From Basidiobolus meristosporus CBS 931.73 (Eukaryota; Fungi; Basidiobolomycota): a DNA stretch of 64,000 nucleotides. The notes below the pieces were generated by a model that searched no databases, was not told the origin of the DNA, and saw only the letters and a program-made list of their open reading frames with translations. Of the stretch, positions 37,596 to 50,000 are shown in pieces. The stretch lies in assembly GCA_002104905.1 (NCBI GenBank), contig MCFE01000053.1, positions 62,001 through 126,000 on the forward strand, given 5' to 3'. Within the stretch, counting starts at the first letter, position 1. Every line of letters starts with the position of its first letter. The translations under genes were made by a program, and so were the position numbers.

Positions 37596-39295
37596 GGATC
37601 ACTGATCAAAATGGTGCCTATATTGCTTTGGGTATTAGATATCAGAATCTATATAAGTTAATTAATTTTCATTGTATCTAAAAGTTAATACAAATGACTA
37701 AATTAAGGAAAAACCAAGGCTTTGGCACATAAGATGTGGACACATCAATTTTGATTATTTACCCATAATGGTTAAAGATCAGCTTGTTTCTGAAGTGAGG
37801 CTTGATCATGCAGCCAGTTTAGACCACTACAAGGCCTACCTATATGGGGGACAAGCTAGACAGCTATTTGAGAGCACTGGGCTAATCAGAAACAAGAAAA
37901 AATTAGATCCAACTTACTCTGAACACTGTGGACATATGCACAGTCTGTCCTTAGGTGGGATGAAATATTTTATTGCTCTGGTTAATGATTTTATAAGATG
38001 CATGTGGTCTATTCCATGGGCAGAAAGGATGAAGCTCTACTTAGGTGCAGGGAGTGTGTAGCCATGGTTGAGAAAGAAGCTGGTGAAGAATCAAAAAATA
38101 CACTTTGGCAATATTGGAAAATATTTCACAAAACTCTTCATCCACTTTGGCAAAATTCAAGGAAAAAAGCAAGCAACTACTCTACCATAATCTTCACAGT
38201 AGAATGGTATGTCAGAAGATGCAAACATATCTATAGTTGATATGGCAAGGTCTATTATCCATGATGAAAAATTTTCCTATGATTTGTGGTAAAATCAGTT
38301 GGTAAAGCTAAATATCTTCAGAATAGGCATTAAAGCAGTGTACTATATCATTCAACTCCAACAAAGTTTTGGTGTAGATATAAGATACATGTAGAGCACC
38401 TCTGAGCAATTGGTTGCAGAGCAAATGCCAAGATGCTGCCCATTAATCAGTCAAAACTTGAGCCAAAAAGTGTAAAAAGCATCTCTTGGGCTACTATGAC
38501 AAGAGTAAGGTATACAGACTCTATAATACTAGAATACAGTAGCTGATCAAGTCCAGGGATGCATTGTTGGACGAAAATTTGAAGTTTTTTAAAAACTGCA
38601 TTTTGAATGGAGAGCTTGATGAGAATGTGTATATGGACCAGCCTGATGGGTTTGTTGACCAAGATAACCCCCATTTGGTCTCCATGCTTAAAAGTCTTTA
38701 TATGGTCTCTAACAATCACCAAGAGCCTGGAATTGCAAGATAGATTCTTATTTGGAATCTCTGAGTTTCAAAAGGAGTAATGCTGACTATAGTATATACT
38801 GTAAGTGAGATAGAGCAAATCCAGTCTTATTAGCTCTATATGTGGATGATCTTATTATAGCCACCAATAACATAGAAACATTGGAAGAGACTAACTCCAG
38901 CCTATCTAAGGATTCAAGATGCCCAATCTAGGAGAACTCAGTTGCTATTTAGGGATTAAGTCTTCCATAGACAGAAGTACCCAGGCTATTACCCTAAGCC
39001 AATCTAAGTTTATTCAAGATATACTAAAGAAGTACCAAATGGGAGACTGTAAACCGGCAGCTACCCCAATAGAGACAAACCTTAACTTGGTCAAAACTCT
39101 ACAAAACCAAGAGAGCTTGGTACCATCTGAAAGCCCTGACTTTCCTTTTCAATCTATGGTTGGCAGTCTGATGTATATCATGCTTAGAACATGTCCAGAT
39201 ATCTCATATTCAGTGGGAGTTGTCAGCCAACATAATCAGAACTATAGATCTGATCATACTGCAGCAGTTAAGCAGATTTTTAGATACCTAAAAGG

Positions 39296-39645
39296 TGTTG
39301 TAAAAGTCTTGGAGATATTGGAAGTGATTGGGAGAACAAGTAGATTATGTGGTGTTCACTTAATGATTTATTGAATGTAAAAGTAGTATTTATACTTTTA
39401 CCAGGTCTTGGCATTACAAACACATAGAGTATGTTGAGGAAGGTCCCAAGAGCATGTGTGCAAAGTTTGGGGGTGTTTGGACAACTTTGAGAATTTTCAT
39501 GTTCTGGATACCTGGTATTTTGATGAAAATATTCTAAGTAAATCCCAACAAAGAATTTTGGTCAGTATTCTCTAGGATTTGAAGGTGATGATCTAAGTGA
39601 CTAAGTTAGGTGAATATTTAGGTAGAAATACAAATTTTTACAACA
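39296..39645 (-). mobile_element. Copia family-2 solo LTR inside the RT/RNaseH region of F
   Basis: TGTTG...CAACA, 350 bp, perfect 5-bp TSD AAAGG / AAAGG. Confidence 0.93.
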
Positions 39646-40531
39646 AAAGGAACTACTGATATCTGCTTAAGATACACTTATAAGGATCCAGAACAGGATC
39701 TTGTGGGATACTCTGATGCTGATTGGGGCAAAATTTGGAAGATACAAGATCTACCGCAGGATACACCTTTTTTTACTGTAAAGAATTAATTTCATGGAAC
39801 TCAAGAAAGCAACCAACTGTAGCACTTGACACCACAGAGGTAGAGTATATGGCAGCCTGTGGGGCTACAAAAGAAGCAATGTGGTAAAGAAAGCTTTTTA
39901 CAGATTTAGGCCTATGTCAAACAATGTCTATTACTTTACTTCAAGAAAATCAAGGATGTATACAATTAGGTTGAAATCCAACTTTTCTTGCTAGAACCAA
40001 GTACATAGATATAGACATCATTTCATAGGTGAAGCTATAGAGAATAGCTTAGTTAGCTTAGTTTACTGTCCTGTAGATGAAATGATTGCAGACATATTTA
40101 CCAAACCATTAGCTAGAGACAAGTTTGAATATCTTTGGTCAAAATTAGGACTAGTCAGTATGAACATTTAGCTGAGTGAGAGTATTGTAAAAATTCAGAA
40201 TTCCACCTAAATACTCACCCAACTTAGTCACTTAGATCATCACCTTCAAATCCTAGAGAATACTGACCAAATTCCTTGTTGGGATTTACTTTGAGAACTT
40301 TCATGTTCTGGGTACCTGGTATTTTGGTGAAAATACTCTAGGTTGTTGAAACAGCCCCAAACTTTGCACACATGTTTTTGGGATCTCCCTTAACCTATTC
40401 TATGTGTTTGCTATGCCAAGAACATGTAAAAGTATAAATACTACTTTTACATTCAATAAATCATTAAGTGAAAACCACATAATCTACTTGTTCTCCCAAT
40501 CACTTCCAATATCTCCAAGCCTCTTACAGCA

Positions 40532-42412
40532 GTATAATAATCAGTTAAAGTGATTAGATACTTCATCCTGCCTAAGGATAAATCTTGCATAGGTCCACAC
40601 AGATCTGAGTGAATTAGATCTAGTTTTTTCTTAGTACTGATTAGCCCAGAGCTCTTGAACAGTTGTCTGGCTTGTTTTCCATATATGCAGGCTTCACAGT
40701 GCTCCAAATTAGCTGGGGGTCAATCTTTACTCTGGAAATTAACTTATCTTTGATCATTTTGCGCAAATAATCAAAATTGATGTGCCCAAATCTTGTGCAC
40801 CAAAGCATTGGTATTTCTTCATCAAAGTTACTTATATTGGCTTCCAAATATGATGAAATATATGTCAACTTGTATAGGTTCTGATCTCTGATACCCAGAG
40901 CAATATGGGCACCATTTTGATCAGTGATCTTGCATCCAGAATTGTCAAAGCTGAAACTGAGTCCTCCTGCAGTGGCCTTGCTTACAGTGAGTAGGTTCTT
41001 GGCTATTTCTGGTACATTGAGTATTTCTTTAAAGGTCACTGTATGGCTTCCTTCACTGCTTCTGAAGTTTTCTTGGATAGTTCCTTCTCCCACTGCATCA
41101 AGTGTTCTATTTTCACCCATGAAAACCTTCTTGATTGGACTTTCTTGATATTGGGTAAAGTACTTTTTGGTGTGTAAAGTGTTGAGATGCTCCAGAGTCA
41201 ATGTACCACGTCAGAGAATCCTTGTTTGTGGTCATATTTAGTGCAGATATGCATAGTCTATCTTCAGTTGTTGCAGTAATTTCATATTCAGGCTTCTTTT
41301 GCTGATTATCTCTCTTTTTGAGACACCAGTCTGATGTGTGTCCTTTCCTTTTGCGGTAGTTGCAAAACAGGTTGCTATTGCCTTTGCAAGGTCTTAAGTA
41401 ACTCCTTTGTTGGTTACCATTGCTTATTAAAGTATTTCTTCTTCCTTCTAATTGGTGCTTGATTTTCTTAATTCTTCATCCAGGAGCCTTGCATATATGT
41501 GATCTGTCAAATCTTCAGTTCTGGACTCTAGGGCTGATACAAGGCCCTAAAACTTGTCTATCAGGCTATTCAGGATGGTGACTATCACATCCTCATCAGT
41601 AGTTGGTATACCCACAGATTCCAACTCATCTACCAGCAGGGTAATTCTGTTAGTCAGATTTTTCATTTCTTCTCCTGGCTGCATCTTTGTAGTAAAGAAT
41701 TTTTGTCTCAGATACATTCTCTTAGCAGCTGAGCATGACTGGTAGGTGTCTTCTAATGCCTTCCAGGCATTCTTTGCTGTTTTTGCTTGTGAGCATTGAA
41801 TTAGCAATTTGTCTTTAACATTTAGGCAAATGCAGTTAAAGGCACTTTGTTCTTTCTTCTGCTACTTTAAGGCTTCCTCTCCCATGTTTTTAGGAGGGCA
41901 TTCTTCTCCCATGACAATATCCCAAAGGCCTCTTTCCTGTAGCAGCATCTTCATCTTCACCTTCCACACTTGGCAGTTAGATCCATCTAACTTTTCAGCA
42001 GAGAGGAAAATTCCAGTAACAGCTGTTGTAGAAATTACAGAGAGTGACAGCTTGGGGCTCATAACCTGTTGCAAGAGTCTTGGCAATATTTAAAGTGATT
42101 GGGAGTGCAAGTAGATTATGTGGTTCTCACTCAATGATTTATTAAGTGTAAAGTAGTATTTATACTTTTACATGGTCTTGGCATTACACACACATAGAGT
42201 AGGTTTAGGAAGGTCCCAAGAGCATGTGTGCAAGGTTTGGGACTGTTTGGACAACTTATCAGACTTTCATGTTATGGGTAGCTGAAGTTAGGGTAAGATA
42301 TTCTTAGTAAATCCCAACAAAGAGTTTGGTCAGAATTCTCTAACATTTGTAGGTAATGATCTTAGTGACTAAGTTGGGCAAATATTCAGGTGTAATTACA
42401 AAATTCACAACA
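40532..42412 (-). mobile_element. Copia family-2 element E, 5' half only
   Basis: LTR 42067-42412; PBS (GGGGCTCATAACC, 42054-42066); gag, protease and GAG-pre-integrase (ORF 40641-41201); integrase cut off at the 3' LTR of F. Confidence 0.85.
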
Positions 42413-42419
42413 AAAAGAT

Positions 42420-42623
42420 GATTGTACAGAGTGGTTAAGAAGGGTCCAGGAGGGTGTGTGCAATGTGTGGAGACTTTTGGGCAACAAATCAGATGTTCAT
42501 ATTCTGACAACTGACATGTTAACAAGAATATATAGAGTAAATCTCAGCAAGAATTTGGGCTAGAAACTCTAATGCTTATAAGCTAAGTGACTAAGCTAGT
42601 GTATAACCCAAACATTGGCAACA
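42420..42623 (-). repeat. Older, diverged LTR remnant related to Copia family 2
   Basis: AAGAAGGGTCC..GTGTGCAA..AGTAAATC.CAGCAAGAATTTGG..AAGTGACTAAGCTAG..CAACA parallels the family-2 LTR layout. Confidence 0.5.
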
Positions 42624-44006
42624 AGCATGCAAGATACTTGTTGGGAGTGGATGAAATGCTGTATAATAAAACAAGGCGCCAACAAAAAGAACAGAACCAA
42701 GGTTGCAGTGATGGAGTTACCTAATAGACTTGAAGAGACATATTAGGGCAGGATCATTATGGAGATTTCCACAACAACTAGAGCAATATCAAGTGTCCAG
42801 ACTGGATGCAGTGCTTTGATGGAAGAATCATGTGCAGCGTAGGCTACCCTTCAACTACACTCTGGACACTAAAGATCGATGCTCCATTTGACTCAAGGGA
42901 ATGCAAATTCTGAATCCTGCATAGCTGGCCGATTATGATCATTCATATATTGAAATTCAGATCGGATTCGCCTGCGACACCACCGGGTGGGGTAGGGGAT
43001 CCAGTGCCTACTACGGGAAGCCGAAGGGGAAGATGTTGCCAATTAGAAGGGAAGGCATATGACTACCAGGGGGTATGTTGTACTTGTGGATCCTGATCAG
43101 AAATAAATATAGTGTTGATAGTGTCTTCGTGCAAGGACCTTTAATTTTGTGTAACAGTCAAGAGGGCCCGCACGCAAAGGCGCCTTTCAACCGATCCGAT
43201 GCAAATTAAAATTCCAGGACGCAATTCATCCCCAGCTATTCACCTGAATCCCCCGCCGCCACCCCCCCCCCAGCATGACGTTTGGTCGAATCCATGGGCG
43301 CCAGTATGCAATGGAAATCAGATGGGCCTGGTGGGACACTGGCCAATGCGCACCAGATACATCAGGATAAATCCTCCCCTATCTCGCATTCATTATATGA
43401 AGATTGAATGAAATGCATGTGCTAGCAGAGAGTATCCATCGACCGGTCTAGACCCCCAGCCAATCCAAACCGTGGGTGATGATCGAACCCCTCAACGAAT
43501 CTCTATACAAAGTAATCTCCACCAATGGAGACCAGCGCAAACCAATGATTCCCAATGAAAGCCTAGAGGAAAGCAAGCCGCGTTCGGTGGAAGAGAGATT
43601 CCAAATATGGGTGGGGTTCGCAACAGGTTCTATCTCATGGTGGATTCGACCAGTCCATGGATCCGCCACAGGTGGTAGAATTTTTTTCAACCATTTGAGA
43701 CTAAGGTTTGGGTTAAGTTTGATTTGCTCCGTGGATGAATCTTCATAAGATTCTTGGGTAATCTCCATTGGTATATCTGGCCATTTTGTAAAAGCTTCGT
43801 TGATAGAGTGCGACTCTTACCTCTCACTACATAGTATATTCCCGCAACGTTAGCCCCTTCTTATAGAGTCCACAGTAGTGTAAATTAGTCATCCTTTTGA
43901 ATAGATCCCCTCAACTACCCTAATAATCTTCCCCCAAGCACTTTCAAAAGTTGTGCACCACACTCGGTTAATTGTATAGATTGGAAACTCACTCTAATTC
44001 CCCACC

Positions 44007-47000
44007 ATGACTACTGATTTCTTACTATATGTGGAGAAGATGTTGACTTCCATAAGCCAGGGGAGCGTCCCTCCAACCCCCATCACACATCCCGACACAT
44101 CCGATATGGAGAAACAGGTGGAATCCGCTTTACAGCAGGTCATTCTGCGTCAAAGGTATCTTGAGAGTGAGCTGGGTCGATACAAGCAGAAATTTGGCGA
44201 CGAGCTTTACACCGACTTCCTCACACCAGAAACCAACGAGGAGTCACTTGGCTTCTTTACTGGTGACGCTCAACAGCAGACATTTCCCACCGACAAGGAG
44301 GACGCCACTTTTGCACCTCCTCAGCCGGAACCCATCCTCATAACCAAACCAACTCCTGAGGCATCCTCTTATATCCCACACACACTAGGCGCAGAAACGA
44401 ACCTCGAGGAGGTGTCCACGTTCATAGAAGAATGCACAGAGGTTGCCACTGCCATCAGCAACGGAGATCTGTCCAAGAGGGTCAGCTGCCACAACCTCTC
44501 CGAGACCACTTTGAAGCTCAAGAACGCTGTCAACGGTATGGCGGAGCGTCTGGAAAGATTGACCTCCGAGGTACTCCACGTTCAACACGAGATGACCGAG
44601 ATGGGTAAATTATGCATTCACAGTGAAACCGACAGTTGGGATGGCTCTTGGAAGGATATTCATGATCAGTCTTAATCATGTAGCATCCTTCCACTCCGAA
44701 CAAGTCCGTGATATCACCGAGGTGTGTACCTCGGTTGCTCAAGGTAACCTGTCGAAAAAGGTGACGGTGAACCTTAAAGGAGAAACTTTGTTATTGAAGA
44801 ACACCATCAACACCATGGTCGATCAGCTCAACTCGTTCGCGTCCGAGGTCACTCGTGTTGCCCATGAGGTTGGTACCGAAGGTAAATTGGGCGTTCAAGC
44901 GGACGTTCCTGGGGTTGGCGGCACTTGGAAGCTTCTCACCGACAACGTGAATTCCATGGCCTCCAACTTGACCAATCAAGTAAGGGATATCGCCAATGTA
45001 AGCAAAGCTGTTGCAAGAGGCGATCTTTCCAAAAAGGTCACCGTCAACGTCAAGGGTGAAATGCATGAACTCAAATCCACCATTAACACCATGGTTGATC
45101 AGCTGCAAACCTTTGCAACTGAGGTCACCCGTGTTTCTCTCGAAGTAGGTACCGAAGGCAAATTGGGTGGCCAAGCAGTCGTCAAAGATGTCGGCGGCAC
45201 ATGGAAAGATCTTACCGATAACGTGAACCTTATGGCTTCCAATTTGACAGCCCAAGTACGTGATATCGCAAATGTCAGCAAGGCTATCTCTGTAGGCGAC
45301 TTATCGAAGAAGATTACTGTCGACGTGAAGGGTGAAATTAAAGAGCTAAAGGTGACCATCAACACGATGGTTGATCAGCTGCAAACATTTGCTTCGGAAG
45401 TTACACGTGTAGCCCGGGAAGTCGGTACCGAAGGTAAACTTGGAGGTCAAGCGGTTGTCAAGGATGTTGGTGGAACCTGGAAAGATCTAACGGATCACGT
45501 CAACATGATGGCCTCTAACCTGACGAACCAAGTACGAGACATCGCCAACGTGCAGTAAGGCGGTAGTGAAAGGAGATCTCTCCAAGAAAGTCACAGTCAA
45601 TGTGAAGGGCGAGATGCTGGACCTGAAGGATACAATCAACACGATGGTTGACCAGCTGCAAACGTTCGCATCAGAGGTCACGCGAGTGGCTCGAGAAGTC
45701 GGTACCGAAGGCAAACTTGGCGGTCAAGCGGTTGTCAAGGATGTTGGTGGAACGTGGAAGGACCTCACGGACAATGTGAACCTGATGGCGTCGAATCTTA
45801 CGGACCAAGTGCGAGACATTGCGAATGTTAGCAAAGCGGTAGCCAAGGGAGACTTGTCGAAGAAAGTCACGGTCGATGTGAAGGGCGAGATGAAAGAACT
45901 GAAAGTGACGATCAACACGATGGTTGACCAGCTGCAGACATTCGCATCGGAGGTCACACGAGTGGCTCGAGAAGTCGGTACTGAAGGTAAACTTGGAGGT
46001 CAAGCAGTTGTCAAAGATGTTGGCGGTACTTGGAAAGATCTCACAGACAATGTGAATCTGATGGCATCCAATCTTACAGACCAAGTGCGAGATATTGCGA
46101 ATGTCAGCAAAGCAATTTCGGTTGGTGATCTATCGAAAAAGATTACGGTCGATGTCAAGGGCGAAATAAAGGAGCTCAAGGTGACCATCAACACGATGGT
46201 CGATCAGCTACAAACATTCGCTTCTGAGGTCACCCGTGTCGCCCGCCAAGTAGGAACCGAAGGAAATCTTGGTGGTCAGGCAGTCGTCAAAGACGTCGGA
46301 GGAACATGGAAAGATCTAACTGATCATGTCAACATGATGGCTTCCAACTTGACAGCCCAAGTACGTGATATTGCCGATGTCAGCAAGGCTATCTCCGTAG
46401 GGGATTTGTCAAAGAAGATCACTGTCGACGTCAAAGGTGAAATGAAAGAATTGAAGATGACCATCAACACGATGGTTGATCAGCTGCAAACATTTGCTTC
46501 GGAAGTCACACGTGTGGCTCGAGAAGTCGGTACCGAAGGTAAACTTGGAGGTCAAGCGGTTGTCAAGGATGTTGGTGGAACCTGGAAAGATCTTACTGAT
46601 AACGTCAATCATGATGGCCTCTAACCTGACGAACCAAGTACGAGATCATCGCCAACGTGAGTAAGGCGGTAGTGAAAGGAGATCTCTCCAAGAAAGTCAC
46701 AGTCAATGTGAAGGGCGAGATGCTGGACCTGAAGGATACAATCAACACGATGGTTGACCAGCTGCAAACGTTCGCATCAGAGGTCACGCGAGTGGCTCGA
46801 GAAGTCGGTACCGAAGGCAAACTTGGCGGTCAAGCGGTTGTCAAGGATGTTGGCGGAACGTTGGAAGGACCTCACGGACAATGTGAACCTGATGGCGTCG
46901 AATCTTACGGACCAAGTGCGAGACATTGCGAATGTCAGCAAAGCGGTAGCCAAGGGAGACTTGTCGAAGAAAGTCACGGTCGATGTGAAGGGCGAGATGA

Positions 47001-50000
47001 AAGAACTGAAAGTGACGATCAACACGATGGTTGACCAGCTGCAGACATTCGCATCGGAGGTCACGCGAGTGGCTCGAGAAGTCGGTACCGAAGGTAAACT
47101 AGGTGCTCAAGCGGTTGTCAAAGATGTTGGCGGCACATGGAAGATTCTCACAGACAATGTGAATCTGATGGCATCCAACCTTACCGGTCAGGTACGAGAT
47201 ATTGCGAATGTTAGTAAAGCAGTAGCGCGAGGTGATTTATCCAAGAAGGTTACGGTAAATGTCAAAGGCGAAATTTTGGAGCTCAAAAACACTATCAACA
47301 CCATGGTTGACCAGTTACAAACATTCGCTTCTGAGGTCACCCGTGTGGCAAGAGAAGTCGGTACCCAAGGCAAACTTGGCGGTCAAGCAGTAGTCAAAGA
47401 CGTTGGGGGAACCTGGAAGGATCTCACGGACAATGTGAACCTGATGGCGTCGAATCTTACGGACCAAGTGCGAGATATTGCGAATGTCAGCAAAGCGGTA
47501 GCCAAAGGAGACTTGTCGAAGAAAGTTACAGTCAATGTGAAGGGCGAGATGCTGGACCTGAAGAATACAATCAACACGATGGTTGATCAGCTGCAGACAT
47601 TCGCATCGGAGGTCACGCGAGTGGCTCGAGAAGTCGGTACCGAAGGTAAACTGGGTGGTCAAGCAGTGGTAACTGATGTTGGCGGTACCTGGAAAGACCT
47701 AACCGAGAACGTGAATATGATGGCTTGGAACCTGACGAGTCAAGTGCGAGATATTGCTAACGTCAGCAAGGCCGTCGCCACCGGAGATCTTTCGAAGAAA
47801 GTTACGGTCAACGTCAAAGGGGAAATATTGGATTTGAAATTGACCATCAACACCATGGTAGACCAACTCCGTACGTTCGCTGCAGAGGTTACTCGTGTTG
47901 CCAGGGAAGTCGGTACAGAAGGAAAACTAGGCGGTCAAGCGGTTGTCACTGATGTTGGTGGCACATGGAAAGACCTGACCGAGAATGTGAATATGATGGC
48001 CTCCAACCTAACAGCTCAGGTCCGTGATATTGCCAATGTTAGCAAAGCCGTTGCACAAGGCGATCTTTCCAAGAAGATCACAGTGGACGTCAAAGGCGAA
48101 ATGCTTGATCTCAAGAACACCATCAACACCATGGTGGATCAGCTCCAAACCTTTGCTACCGAAGTGACCAGAGTCTCACTAGAAGTTGGAACGGAAGGCA
48201 AGCTAGGCGGACAAGCTATTGTCAAGGATGTTGCTGGTATATGGAAGGAGCTTACCAACAACGTAAATATCATGGCAGAAAATCTTACAGGCCAGGTCCG
48301 CTCCATTGCCGAAGTGACTACGGCGGTTGCTTGTGGCGATTTGTCCAAGAAGGTCAAGGTCGATGTTAAGGGCGAAATCAATGAACTCAAGATGACTGTC
48401 AACTCCATGGTGGATCAGCTACGAACGTTTGCAGCCGAGGTCACTCGTGTAGCTAGGGAAGTAGGCACCGAGGGCAAACTCGGCGGTCAAGCCGTGGTCA
48501 AAGATGTTGGAGGAACTTGGAAAGACCTAACAGATAACGTCAACCTCATGGCAACCAATCTTACCAACCAAGTACGTGATATTGCAAATGTCAGTAAGTC
48601 CATCGCCCGAGGTGATCTATCCACGAAAGTCACCGTCGACGTCAAAGGAGAAATGCTGGATCTGAAGAACACCATCAACACCATGGTGGATCAGCTGCAA
48701 ACCTTCGCCACCGAAGTGACCAGAGTTTCACTAGAAGTCGGAACGGAAGGCAAGCTAGGCGGACAAGCTATTGTCAAGGATGTTGCCGGTGTCTGGAAAA
48801 ACCTGACCGACAACGTCAATACGATGGCTGCTAACCTTACTGGACAAGTACGTTCTATCGCAGCTGTCACCACAGCTGTCGCGCGAGGTGACTTGTCAAA
48901 GAAGATCAGTATCGACGTCAAGGGGGAGATCTTAGAACTCAAGAATACCGTTAATTCCATGGTAGATCAGCTGCGTACATTTGCAGCGGAAGTCACCCGA
49001 GTCGCGCGCGAGGTCGGAACAGAAGGTAGACTAGGAGGACAAGCAGTCGTCAAGGATGTGGATGGAACCTGGAAAGACCTTACGGACAACGTGAACCTTA
49101 TGGCCTCCAACTTGACGGCCCAAGTCCGTGATATTGCGAATGTTAGTAAAGCTGTTGCTTGTGGTGACCTTTCCAAAAAGGTTACGGTCAATGTTAAAGG
49201 CGAAATGCTTGATCTCAAGAGCACCATTAACACCATGGTTGATCAGCTCGGACTATTCGCGGCTGAGGTGACTAGAGTGGCCCGTGAGGTGGGTACAGAA
49301 GGTAACCTTGGTGCCCAGGCCCAAGTCAAGGATGTACAAGGAGTGTGGCAGGAAATCACTAGCAATGTGAACACGATGGCAGCCAACCTGACCACCCAAG
49401 TCCGTGCGTTTGCTCAGATCTCAGCAGCTGCCACTGACGGCGATTTCACCCGGTACATTACGGTTGAGGCATCCGGAGAAATGGACTCTTTAAAGACCAA
49501 AATCAACCAGATGGTTTACAACCTCCGCGAGAGTATCCAAAGAAATCTGGCAGCCCGTGAGGCAGCAGAGCTGGCCAATCGGGCCAAGAGCGAATTCTTA
49601 GCCAACATGTCACATGAGATTCGTACGCCGATGAACGGTATCATTGGCATGACCGTGCTAACCTTGGAATCGGACCTTACCCGCCAACAGCGAGAAAACC
49701 TCACCATCGTGAGCCAACTCGCCAACTCCTTGTTGACGATCATTGATGATATCCTCGACATCTCGAAGATCGAGGCTGGCAAACTAGTGATCGAACAAAT
49801 CCCCTTCTCCCTGAGAAATGCCATGTTCAGCGTGCTCAAGACGTTGGCGGTGAAAGCTAACCAGAAAAAGCTGGATCTTGTGTACGACATAGATAAAGAT
49901 ATACCCGACCAGCTGGTTGGGGACCCGCTCCGCCTGCGCCAGGTTATCACGAACCTCGTCGGGAACGCCATCAAATTCACCACCGAGGGACAGGTGACCC

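Larger units (their letters stand above)
32762..40531 (+). mobile_element. Copia family-2 element F (5'-truncated, degenerate), host of D and of a solo LTR
   Basis: Protease fragment ..KAIADGLNISFNNSECKI (to 32926) resumes as TDQNGAYIALGIR at 37596. Integrase/RT/RNaseH fragments to ~40170; PPT; 3' LTR 40182-40531. Confidence 0.8.

Noticed and set aside
1-42800. Classical ascomycete RIP (CpA>TpA)
   Set aside because: CpA and TpG are abundant and every traceable change is at CpG.
44560-49500. 276-bp tandem repeat as a CRISPR array or non-coding satellite
   Set aside because: The period is a multiple of 3, the units translate as HAMP domains in frame with the kinase, and there are no unique spacers.
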